Source: Oopsacas minuta
Lineage: Eukaryota > Animalia > Porifera
Length of the DNA: 64,000 bases
Assembly: GCA_024704765.1 (NCBI GenBank)
Contig: JAKMXF010000122.1
Span: 761,489 to 825,488, forward strand
Direction of reading: 5' to 3'
Shown here: piece after piece, positions 13,140 to 24,372 of the stretch
Numbering within the stretch: position 1 is the first letter of the stretch
How the letters are laid out: every line of letters begins with the position of its first letter
Notes under the pieces: model-generated
Database searches by the model: none
Told to the model about the DNA's origin: nothing
Seen by the model: the letters and a program-made list of their open reading frames with translations, nothing else
Translations under genes and position numbers: made by a program

Positions 13140-14334
13140 AAGAGATAATATATAGAGAGCTCAGCTCTCGTGCTAATCAAACACAATGGTCAACAACTAC
13201 TGAATGCGATCACGGGAAAGACACAAAAGGCGAAGCTTACAGTAAACATCTCACCATCAACACAGCTAACATGAACTCATCAACACTCAAGTACTCCGAA
13301 AGACCAAGCATCCTACACTCCCAAATTAAAGTCTTCGTGTAGTAGCAAGTCTTGGCCAGATATCCCAGCAACTACCAGACACCCTTCAATAGCCAGGATA
13401 AAAAGGAAAGTTAATGGCGGAACCGACTACAAAAGATGGACCAAAACTACATAATACACGACAAAACAACAATACACAACTTCTACGAAAAACAAAAACC
13501 ACAAAACCTGTAGAACTGACAAAAAACAAACCCTCGGACAAAATACGACGATAATTAATCCGAATAAAAACTCCTATAGCCATAAAGTAGCGAACTAAAT
13601 CCCTAATCCCCTCCCAATGGTACCCGTTTCTAACTAATAAAATAATAAGTGCTATCTCGTCCTCGTTTCTATACATCCATTTTTCTATAATTATCTCCTT
13701 AATTTCTATCAATAAATTCTTTTAAACGAAATCCCTTAAGCCCTATTTTGTAACATAAGATCATAACACGGACATACTTTATACTTTACACTTTTCTACA
13801 AACATAAACAAACAATAACATTCATACAAACATACAATCACTCTTTAAACAATAACTGGTTCACGAATAACACATACTTGACTGCCAATAATTCCTCACA
13901 AATCACTTCATAACATTACTATCGATATCCGAAGCACCTCTTTTAACCTTCAACACCTAGAGAACAGATCACCTCCAATAACAACAAGAAGAATCACTCA
14001 TCAAAACTATCGCAAGTAAATCACCTTCATTGTTCGAATCAGCTGCTTCACAACCCTACAATAAACATACTATATAAAAAGATATATTACAACAGCAATC
14101 TGCAACAAGCAAACTATACAAGGATATATTACAGCAGCAAATCCATACAGAAATATACATTACAGAAACATCAGCCATCCTACAATACTATCCACAATAC
14201 AGATCTACAATACACGCATAATGCATACACACACATAACACTGTAAAGACACAGCAAAGGCTCAGTAATGACACAACTAGGTACCAACTCATAACTTAAA
14301 TCTACTACCCAGAACAGCTGAAAAGGCTATAAAT
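13140..14334. other. Strongly G-poor, C/A-rich island; possibly a decayed LINE or a G-to-A hypermutated insert
   Basis: Hand count gives about 38 G in 540 nt at 13441-13980, about 15 of them in CpG. There is no long ORF, only faint APE-like (HLTINTANMNS) and RT-like (YRNIS) echoes. Confidence 0.45.
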
Positions 14335-14744
14335 CAGGGGTTCCCAACCTGTGGTACGCGTACTCCAGGGGGTACGCGAGAAGGTTGAGTCATTTACGAA
14401 TATTATTTTCAAATTTGTAATTATGACACCATGTAATTTGAAATTAATCTAAATGTATAATTTGACAGAAGATTTGCAATATTAATAGTAATATTCCGTA
14501 GAATATGAACTTAGGTGTAATGATTTAATTACTTTTCTATTACACACAATAGAGTATTAATTTTTGTCAAGTAATAGACCTTTGAAATAACAAATGAATT
14601 CATATAACTTTACCAAAGAAGCCTAATTAGTATATTCTCAGTCAATATATAATGCTAATGAAAGTTGGAATTTACAATGAGGGGTACGCGGTGAATATCC
14701 TTTTTGCATAGTAGGACATGGGCTACAAAAGGTTGGGAACCCTG
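14335..14744. mobile_element. hAT (Charlie-like) MITE, 410 bp
   Basis: TIRs CAGGGGTTCCCAACCT / AGGTTGGGAACCCTG with a perfect 8-bp TSD CTATAAAT (14327-14334 and 14745-14752). Confidence 0.92.
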
Positions 14745-14869
14745 CTATAAATAGTAGAAATTCTTGTAAATTTGCACTTCTGTTTTTATTCTCTCTGTGA
14801 CATTAAAAGTTATTATGCCTCAGATATTTAGAAATTCGGCTAATTTTATTTTTTGTAGTCATGATGACG

Positions 14870-15196
14870 TAATAATCCCATGATGAGTTAGATTTTGGTC
14901 AGGACTTTTGTCACATTGAGGGATACCTGTGATTCTAATTTCAAACTTCTATAATATATATTGGCTGAGCAGTGGTTAATAATGTGATATTTCGAAAATC
15001 CAAAAAGGTGACAATTACGTCATAATTTCGTCATAGGTGTGAACTTTCGTCCAAGACTCAAACTTGTCCGAGCCAGGCCCCAAAATACCCTTGTATGCCA
15101 AAAATCAGCCCCAGGAGTCTTCCAGTTTCTTCAATCAATTCTTAACACACAAACATATACTTACATAAAGATTAATTGCGTTTTAATAGTATAGAT
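14870..15196. repeat. Dispersed repeat abutting the RBMX2 start codon
   Basis: The body matches about 46290-46600. The terminal GATTAATTGCGTTT..AGTATAGATGAA matches 43146-43182. Confidence 0.75.
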
Positions 15197-15743
15197 GAAT
15201 CCATTAACAAACGTTCGCAATATCAAACGTCTGGGAGAGATAGAACTCACAAGAATCGACAAGAAAGGCTCTTGGCATGATGACTACACTGACAGTGCAT
15301 ACATATACATAGGCAGTCTTTCGTATGAACTGACTGAGGGAGATATATTAGCTGTATTCTCTCAGTACGGGGAAATAGTTAGTATCAATCTTGTGAAGGA
15401 TAAGCAGACCGATAAGTCAAGAGGATATTGCTTCCTTTGTTATGCAGATCAGCGTAGCACCATTCTAGCAGTTGACAACTTAAATGGTATTAAATTGTGT
15501 GGGAGAACTATCCGAGTTGATCATGTTAAGGACTATAAGCAATCAAAAGACGGTGAGGGAATAGAAGTGGGAGAGATTGACTGTGCTCCTAAGACACCTC
15601 CTCCCTCTGATGAGATGGATTCAGGGAGCTCTTATGACTCTAACGAATGGATAGCTGCTCCAAGGAAGAAGAAAGTTAAGACCAACCAGGAGGAAGGAAT
15701 TAAGGCCAAACATAAACATACACACAAGACTAAGGCTAATTGA
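15195..15743 (+). CDS. RBMX2: RNA-binding motif protein X-linked 2 (Snu17/Ist3 homolog, RES complex), intronless
   Basis: MNPLT..SWHDDYTDSAYIYIGSLSYELTEGDILAVFSQYGEIV.INLVKD...DQRSTILAVDNLNGIKLCGRTIRVDHV is the diagnostic RBMX2 RRM. Confidence 0.95.
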   Translation: MNPLTNVRNIKRLGEIELTRIDKKGSWHDDYTDSAYIYIGSLSYELTEGDILAVFSQYGEIVSINLVKDKQTDKSRGYCFLCYADQRSTILAVDNLNGIKLCGRTIRVDHVKDYKQSKDGEGIEVGEIDCAPKTPPPSDEMDSGSSYDSNEWIAAPRKKKVKTNQEEGIKAKHKHTHKTKAN

Positions 15744-15779
15744 GCTGAGAAATTGAATAATTGTTTCCTTATTGCAAGC

Positions 15780-16030
15780 CTTTATACTATTAAACCTCAA
15801 TTGCTGTTTGCTTGTCTGTTTGTTTGTTTGTCCGTTGTCAAGGAAAGGATTTGCAATTTGGAAATTGTCGCATAACTATGTTTTTATCGTGTTTATCAAT
15901 GAAGTAAATAGAATCCAATTAAACTTCATTAAATATATCGAAAATGCTAAATCCGATTTTCACACTTTTGGATTAATCATAAGTAAATTTATTGTTGTTT
16001 TTATGAATATAAAGTCAATAAATTAGCAAA
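15780..16030 (+). mobile_element. Non-autonomous Helitron-like element with (CTGT/GTTT)n microsatellite
   Basis: Same family as 23349-23720, 42467-42745 and the reverse copies at about 41640-41700 and 41960-42170. Confidence 0.65.
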
Positions 16031-16779
16031 ATCACAAAATTTACGTAAATACTTGCACTCAACGGCTACAAAGGGGAGTGATCTTACAAAATAATTCAAT
16101 AATATAGGTACCATATACGCATATTTGTGAATTATATTGCTCTCTCTATATATATATCATAATACTTTGAGGGGCCGTCAATTTGGAAAATAATTGATAT
16201 CTCGAGGCGCAATGCGACGAGCCAAAGGCTCGTTTAATTAAAATTATAGTATACGATCTTAAATATTGTGAACAATTGTAGGGAATACGTATATCTAAAA
16301 TATCAGAAAAATATCGAAAAAATCGGAAAATATCGGAAATCAATAATTGGAAATTTTGATATTTTTTCAGAACCGATATATCGCTGCCAAACCTGCCATA
16401 ATTAGTCCATAAAATGTTAACATAGCATTTGTTTGAGAAAGTACTAACTTAGTTACGCTCCATACGTACAATGAACAACGTGTTAAAGTCTGTAGATACA
16501 TATTTCAGATATCAAATTTGAAGAAAATATTGTCTCGTTTCAATTGTTGGTTCAATATTCAATTTAGTTTACAATAATTATTCTTTTTAATAAATAATAT
16601 ACACCTTGGGAGTAATCTCGGAATTACGATCTTAATACTTGTTTTACTACTTATTAGATTTTAATATCTTTTCGAAACTTATCTTATGTCATGCTATTTG
16701 CGTATACTTGCTATTTATTTCTATTTCTTTACTAACATTACTATTTTGGAGTTTATATTTCGCTATGCAGTTCACACCT

Positions 16780-17040
16780 TAAGAGATTAAGACACCAAAT
16801 TTGGCATGTGTACTCGTAGTGACATCTAGTTGTGCACCTGACATTTGAAAATTTCTAATGTGTATATTTTCACACCTTTTGACACCTCTGTATTTTAGCT
16901 CAATCAGATTGTAGGGTTTACAATTAGTCATAAATGCTTCAATTAGTTCCGATGGAGTGTTTGTAATTTATTAGTACTGTAATGTATTTGTATTGATTGT
17001 AGACTATAATTTAATTGGTCAATACATTCTATTAATCCTC
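16780..17040. repeat. Dispersed repeat of about 250 bp
   Basis: Direct copy at about 40170-40410 (CACCAAATTTGG...GTAGTGACATCTAGTTG...GGTCAATACATTCTATTAA). Confidence 0.8.
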
Positions 17041-17256
17041 CCATATACTCCAATAGATCATGTGGACCCCCTGCTATCGTCCATAGACCCAAGTGGGGAC
17101 CCGAATAACGTAAATATTGTAAACGAAGGCAATAGTAGTGTAATATTACAAGAATTTACTCACACACAACACTTACTAAATCTACATTTCTAGACATTAC
17201 TATGCAGATACTGGGGGGAACTATTTACTCACTAACTAACACATCTATGGTTCATA

Positions 17257-17945
17257 TTACTTTTGTTTTAGGATCCCGTGGAGATCATTATGCTGTTCGG
17301 TGTGTTCAAGGTTTGACCATAGATCATAAGTCAATTTGCTTAGCATTTTCTTGTCCAATTTTCCGGTATTCTCTTTATCTAACTGCTCGTAAAGACTATG
17401 AGTATGACAATCTGGATTTCCATTTGCACGGCCTAGAAGGAGCGATTCCTCTTTGCAAATCGATTCGTTTTCCTTCTTAGAAACCAACTCAAACATGACC
17501 TCGTTTCGTTTGACTAGGAGAGATTGCTCGCCCCTTTCTACTCTCGCTACTTCCTTTTCCATGAAGCTTGCAAAATTCTTCACAAATTCTTCCTTTTGCT
17601 GATAAATTGATGGATAAAACCCTAGTGCCGCTGCGTATTCGTAGAGTACCTTGCGAACATTGAGGGCAACTTCAGGTTCAGGCTTAAGGGCTGTTTCATG
17701 GCTTTTTATCAAATTTTCGAAAAACACGAATGGTACGTACCCTTTTTTGTCCTTGTCTAGTGCATCGAACATGTTACCAGCTTTTGCCCTCCATTTCTCG
17801 TCCTTGAGAAAGTCATCTGCAGTAGGAGTACCTATGGAATAAACAGATCATAGTCAACTCCCGTTATATCGAACAGGGATACATAGAAATACCCGCTAAT
17901 ATCAAGTCTTAACTTACATTTTGGTTGTTCCTTTACTTCTGCCAT
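17257..17945 (-). CDS. EF-hand Ca-binding protein of the SCP / aequorin / luciferin-binding-protein fold, 200 aa
   Basis: Exon 1 is 17945-17918 (MAEVKEQPK+T, then GTAAGT). An 86-nt intron precedes exon 2 at 17831-17257; the total is 603 nt in frame. EF-like loops are DKDKKGYVPFVF and DKENTGKLDKKM, with a degenerate middle loop SKKENESICKEE. Confidence 0.75.
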
Positions 17946-18949
17946 TATTCGATTTTAGATATAACAATAAGGAAATTAGTTAGTGACTACAAGTTTTCGA
18001 ATGGTTATTTATACCTTTTGAATCAATGAATATTCATTAGATAGTACCCCGCATCGCTCAGTAACTATGAATGCATTGATTAGAACGTATATATGTGTAT
18101 TAAATTCTTTTTCGACAAAAAATCATTCAATTGTCGAATATGACTTTTAAGGTTGTCTAGAAAATCTCCCCCTCCAAGTGAGGAGCATCAAAATGACCCA
18201 GAGCAATATCCTAGGGCAGGGGTGCTCAAACTTTTAAATCTACGGGCCACTTTAAAAATTTGGCTCCGCCTTACGGGCCACAAATAATAGATCGCCTCTA
18301 GGTTTAGTTAATCAATTTTCAAGCTATACTATTTGACCTCATATTGCATTAACATAGATTCTACTTGTAATTCAGGTTATTGACTTAAATTCTAATCTTT
18401 TAATTGGATTCGAATCATTTGATGTATAGTTTGAAATCAGTTTGTTTTCTAGCAAGTGGACAATAGTACTAAACCTAGATTTGGGGTATACTATGTACTG
18501 TTCATAGTAGAATAACAATGCAGAAAAATCTCACCATTTCAATTTAGGTTCTGCCTCCTACGTTATACTTATACTTGTGAAGCTCTAATAATTGATAGAA
18601 TTCGTAAATGCAAACTATACACTAATTGGAGCATTCGCTTTCATTTCATGGAGCGTTAATTTCCTATAGCAAGGTATACGAATCCTAAATAACTTTCATC
18701 TATCTTGGTCAGAACATGTTACCTATCAGGGAAACTATACAAGTTTGACCTTAGAGATTCACAGTTGATACATTGAAATTCCTATATTATTATCGAATCC
18801 TTATTCCAAGAACAATTTAGTACTATTTAACCCTACTTACAATTTTATATTGAAATCGAGTACTTTATTTATTTTTTAATCAGTTAAACTACTTTAAAAT
18901 TTGATTTAAAATAATAATTAAAATTGACCAATCAAATAAGTAGCGAAAT

Positions 18950-19190
18950 GTCTGTATCCGGAACAGGTGATCAAGTTGTAGACTCATGGCATTTCTGTTT
19001 GGACAGAGTGTGTAACATTATTTTTTTAACAGATGGTCCAGCTTATTGTGTCATTATATTCTCTATCAAAGGAAACCTGTTACACAAATTTGGTAAGAAA
19101 GGAAGTAATAGAGGGGAATTTATTGGACTCAGAGGGATAGCTTTAGACTCACTTAATAGAATAATTGTTTCTTCCTTTAATTCCAAACGT
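18950..19190 (+). pseudogene. NHL-repeat gene remnant
   Basis: FCLDRVCNII..VIIFSIKGNLLHKFGKKGSNRGEFIGLRGIALDSLNRIIVSS is typical of NHL blades. There is no ATG start and it decays at both ends. Confidence 0.65.
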
Positions 19191-20935
19191 TTGTGTTCAA
19201 ATATTTTAATGTATATAATTATTTATAAATGTATTTCTATTTTTGTAAAATTGATTGAAGAATTGATAAAATATAAAATATCCCAATTCTTTTCCAATTA
19301 CAATTGGTAGGATAATCTATAATTGGTTAATTAACTCTGAATTCAAATGAGGAGAAAAGTCAGCCATAAGTGAGATAGCCAATGGCAGAACTCTTGCATT
19401 GGTTACATGCTGCATGTTCCTCCGTACACTGATCAGATATTTTAAACATTTCAACATCAGGTTCGCCGTCAATATAGTAAGTTAAATTGAATTTACTTAG
19501 TACAGAAATTCCCTCCCTTCCACTATAATTTCATAAAAGAGAGGGCGTCGAAGGCAAACTTCTAAGCGATAAGTAAAGTTATACACTGCAGATGGGTAGA
19601 AATGATTGTAAGTTCCTGGCGGACTTTCAGTTACAGAATCGAGCCACCCCCCATGGATTTAATATTGCTTCTAATGAGTCGTCATCAAGAGTACTGTATG
19701 TGGTTGTACGGGGTATTATTTACTTGTGAAAAAGTGTTCTATTATCATGGTGGCTGTAGATCCTGCGGATGACAGTTTCCACCCCATCCTTTAATTCCCT
19801 ACCCCCTCTTACACTATTGCCCTGTCATTAGTATTTGAATAATACCAGTAAGCATCATAAGTAACAAATGTGTACCTCAATAATTATGTAACAAAAGTAT
19901 ACCTGTTCGCTAACTTACTACCATAAATGGAATGAAACAATTCAAAAACAGAAACTATGAATTCTTGCGTGATGACAGAACGGAAGTCGTATCTTACTTT
20001 TGGAATGCATTCACTTCATATTTACAGCTCACAGAAGTTAATGTCGTGTTAATTCAAGGTGAAAAGTTCCATAATGCATGCTTTCCGAGTGTTTTTCCAT
20101 TTTTGCTGTATTTTTGGATAACAGAGTTACATCAAAAGTTACTAAGGGAATTTACTGTGAGGTAGAGACACTAATTACGGGTTAAATATAGGGGGGAATA
20201 ACGTGGAATCCCGGGAATGATTGATAACGCCACCAAGGCGGAGCCGGAGCCGGAGGGAGTATGCAAAGTGTGACTGCCCCATTCATTTTGCATCACAACC
20301 GGTCAAAAAGAGAGTGGCACACGTACACAGAGAGGATTTGCCTGCGTTAAGCACATTTGAATGACCTCAATAAGTAAATCAATTCTAGATATTTTTAGAT
20401 AATTCTTAATATATGTGGCTATCTATTTCATAATCGTGATAATATCATTAAGTTGTTTATGAGGGAGTATAATGCCAAATCACTTACCTCATTGGTGGAT
20501 AGTTCATAGGAGTTTAATTAAATTATTTGATGTATAATCTTAGATCACACAAAGTTCAATTAATGAATTACTCCCGAATTAAAAGGAAATTTTAGATCAG
20601 TACGAGTCAACTTTGTAAAATCTATTCGTGAGATTTGTAAAAGATTAGTTGTATGGAATAGGTTTGGGTATTGAAATTGTACTCCCACTGGTTCTAGGTC
20701 ATTTTCAGGTACTCCTCACTTTTTAGAGCGGGATTAACCCTGGATTAGTAGCTATACCCCCTAGGTCCTTGATCAAGTAATAAGAAAGTTTTCCACTGTA
20801 AATGATTTTGCCTTAAGCTTTGAATTTACTTTAGTTTCTCGCCAAACTATTTGATCTATAATGTGTCATTTGTATTATGGTAATTATCATCTGTTACCAT
20901 CATTATCATTAGGCTAGCTTGTTTCTCAGGCATTC

Positions 20936-21255
20936 ATTCCTTATGAAATAATTGTGCTTGTGTCATTGAGATGGGAGAAACAAGCTATTACACACATTTT
21001 AGATTAAATAGTTGGGAAAGAAAACTAAACTCAAATTCACTACTTAAATAACAATAATTTCAGCGCTTAGATTAGGTACCCGCTGAGTACAAGCTGAATT
21101 TAGGTCAAAAGGTCCCTTCTATTCATTATAATATTAAGATGGTAATATTCATATTATATCAATATCACCATCTTATGCCAGGTAAGTGAGGCCGTCACTG
21201 GAAATTTGTCCCCTCAAGATAGAAGCCGACAGGTCTAAACAAGGCGTGAAAGTTA
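20936..21255. repeat. About 320-bp near-identical direct duplicate
   Basis: Matches about 48208-48530 (ATTCCTTATGAAATAATTGTGC...GGCCGTCACTGGAAA). Confidence 0.9.
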
Positions 21256-21259
21256 GTTA

Positions 21260-21780
21260 TGCGATGACGTTAGCATTTATATAATTTGACTATTTTCTCA
21301 AATATTTTTGTAAAAAATGTATTTTATTTAACTTTATATGCTAATATTGTTTGAATTCGTATATGTACTTCACTAAAGTTAAATCCATGTTTTAAGGATA
21401 GCTTATTGGAAGAAAATTTCTGAATTATACCATGGACATGAAAATAATATATTTATAAAATAGATTTATGAATTTCAAAAATATGATATGAAGATGTGAT
21501 TCCAATTTTATTCTAAAGAAAACGTGCTAATTATACATACCATATGAATAAATAGAGGACATTAATTCTTCGAAATACAAGAATTTCAAAAGTAAAAAAT
21601 GTCTATTTTTGATAAGCATTTGTGTGAATTTTGATGTGTGTGATTTGAATGTGCCTAAACGAGATGAAGGATGGCCGTTTGAACTTTTTAGGTAGTCTAA
21701 ACTGATTCCTTACATTTTCTAACCCTAAAAAAAGCTCCATTCACAAATTTTGAAGGGTTAATTTAACTTTTATGAGATTT
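21260..21780. mobile_element. About 520-bp repeat; inverted copy at the window end
   Basis: Reverse complement of about 63478-63990. The TAGGCGCCATTTATGC terminus of the family is also seen at about 11214. Confidence 0.8.
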
Positions 21781-22428
21781 ATATAAATGGCCTCTTATTT
21801 ATTCGTTGCTCGGTTACTTTCCTATTTGTATGATATAGTAGTCTATGGGTACGAACTAGAAATTATTGTTATTTAGAATGTGAATTTGACTTTTGTTTCT
21901 CGACCACCAGCAATTATTTAGGTAAATTTTAATACCAAAATGTATGTATGTAGTAGTAATTTTCATTGCAATCGGACTAGTAGATTTCGCATGGCCGCGT
22001 GGACTGGAAGACGCAAATAATAGAGCATCTCCCTATAGGAGTAAAAGTGATCTGAAAATGATCGTGATCCTGCGCAAGGATTCTGATCAAGATCACAGAT
22101 CCTTTTTAATGTATGATTGTGATCATGAACATTACGTTGGTGATTGACTAATGCCCTAGCCCTGAGCTGCACTGACTGTATATCTACTGATATTTTTATA
22201 ATTTTAATTGGATATTTATGTTAATTAAGCCAATATTATTGTATTACAATACAGGAGAACTCGGATAAGACATTCGAGGAAAGAATAAATTAGTACGTAC
22301 TATCCAGGTGTACCTCTAATCCGAATAGGGATTGTATTTTGCAAATGAATGGGAACTAAATTTTTAGGAAAGTATGTATGTACGTCTTGTCAGAGTTATA
22401 TTGTAAAATAATCTACAGCTCTACTGCA

Positions 22429-23345
22429 ATGACTAGTAAGTTTGAAGAAGATCCTCTAGCTCAGGGATTCTCAAACTTTTTTTTGTCGCGACCCCAATTT
22501 CTAACATTTTTGGTACTGAGTTATAATGCGACCCTATAAGCTAAAAATGGTTTGTATTCATAAAAATCAAATTTTTTTTCAAATTTTTTTTACCCTCTTA
22601 AGTTTTTACAAAGGCCAAATTAGTAAAACACCACCGCAATACAAAATCATGAATGTATATTATTACTAGTACATATACGTGTTTTAGACTATAACTATAG
22701 ATAAGTATTTTCTACCGCATTAACTATGGGTCAATAATATATCTTTATACGCCCCCACTTTGGGTCGCGACCCACACTTTGAGAACCTCTGCTCTAGCTG
22801 TCCTCACAACAGATCCCTACAAAGCAACGACTACAATGAGACAGAATCTAACTCAAGTGTTAGCTCAAGAATTTATAAAACTTGATTACCATATTCTTAG
22901 GGAAGTTATTTTCGAATTCTGTGAAAAGTATTATGAATTATTGAACTACAGTTATTGAAATGAAGGTTCTACATGATTCGATATTTTGTATTGGCGATGA
23001 CGTAATATTTTCGCGAACGATGCTATTGACAATATTCGCGAATTCTTACACCAACAGTTCTATGAATCTTTACCCCTATACTCTACTCACTGTATTTACC
23101 TATATCTAGTACATGATATCGATTATCTTACTCGTTTCCTCTCAAGAGACCTTCACCATCACCTGAGGTTATTAAAAATATACTACACTATTGGAAAGAA
23201 ATGGCTTTAACAAAGATGACATCTGTTATATGATTCACAGAACCTGGTATGATGATTCGAGAAAGAATGTTGTTTCTCCTCCTATATTGAACCTGATTTC
23301 CGTAGACACGAGTCGATTGGATACTCTCAATTATGAGAGTAACAT
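22429..23345 (+). pseudogene. Putative gene remnant interrupted by a hAT MITE and ending at a Helitron-like element
   Basis: Removing the MITE plus one TSD restores a 63-codon ORF (MTSKFEEDPLA|VLTTDPYKAT...YYELLNYSY, stop 22956-22958). Further open stretches follow in shifted frames up to 23345. Confidence 0.4.
22462..22791. mobile_element. hAT (Charlie-like) MITE, 330 bp
   Basis: TIRs CAGGGATTCTCAAA / TTTGAGAACCTCTG with a perfect 8-bp TSD CTCTAGCT (22454-22461 and 22792-22799). Confidence 0.92.
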
Positions 23346-23348
23346 GTC

Positions 23349-23720
23349 TATAATATTAAATCTCAATTGTTGTCTGTCTGTCTGTCTGTCTGCCTGTTTG
23401 TTTGTTTGTTTGTCTGTTGTAAAGGAAAAGATTTATGGTATGCAATTTTGAAATGGCCTCATAACTATGTATTTAGCGTGTTTATCAAGGAAGTAAATAG
23501 AATTCAATAAAACTTCATTAAATATATCGAACAAGTTGAATCCGATTTTCACACTTTTGAATTAATCATATGTAAATTAATTGTTGTTTTTATGAATATA
23601 AAGTAAACAAATAGTTGAAATATTAATTTACTAATTCAATTTTGCAATTTTATACTTTGCTAAATTCGAGGTACGAAGTGTCGAGTACCATGCGAACACA
23701 AAGTGTTCGCAAGCCGCGCA
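23349..23720 (+). mobile_element. Non-autonomous Helitron-like element
   Basis: 5' TCTATAATATTAAA, then (CTGT)n(GTTT)n and a subterminal hairpin GCGAACAC-AAA-GTGTTCGC. Confidence 0.65.
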
Positions 23721-24372
23721 GCGCAAGCAAGCGAAGAAATTTATATTGTCGCAGGGCTGTATCAACTCATTTTGAGTTGGCAAAAAACTAATTTTGTCTA
23801 ATCGATTTAACCAACTAAATTTATACCCAAGAGTTAAATTCGCAATAATGAGTTTAAAACATTATAACTGGTGCATTACTGTTACAGCTGACGCAAAATA
23901 CATTATTACATCATTTCACTAGATGATTCCATAACTTATGTTACAAGGATTCGATCTCTTAAATAAGGTATTCCTTATTCGAAGTGTCTGTTAAACAGCC
24001 AGCTTAATCGCGAAAGGACTAGCCGAAGACTCGAATAAATAACGTTAACACCATTCTCATATATACCCCAACCTATTACTCTCCATTTGCTGGTCATCAC
24101 ACCGCTCTTAAGGTTTATTGCAAAATATAGACGAATACTGATAATAGTTTTTATCAAATATGACTGTAACATAACATTGAGTGGATAATTAAAATAATTT
24201 ACAAGAATAAATCATGTTTTAAAATTTCGTAATACAAGTTAATGCTATAAATGCTGGTCACTTGGGGTGTATGCATTCTTTTAGCTTTCTTAACTGCAAA
24301 CGGATGCTAAAAATATTTTAGGCCATTCTTATTCAATTTTCCAATTTCAGTAATTCTGCACCTTCTACCTTG

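Noticed and set aside
13386-13712. 108-aa minus-strand ORF as a membrane protein
   Set aside because: It is a by-product of the T/G-rich minus strand of the G-poor island, has no ATG start and shows no recognisable motif.
19370-20160. Minus-strand fragments resembling a secreted or discoidin/EGF-like gene (SKFNLTYYIDG, QCTEEHAACNQC), with in-frame TGA codons
   Set aside because: Several stops and frame changes, no consistent exon chain and no SECIS evidence, so neither a gene nor selenocysteine recoding can be supported.
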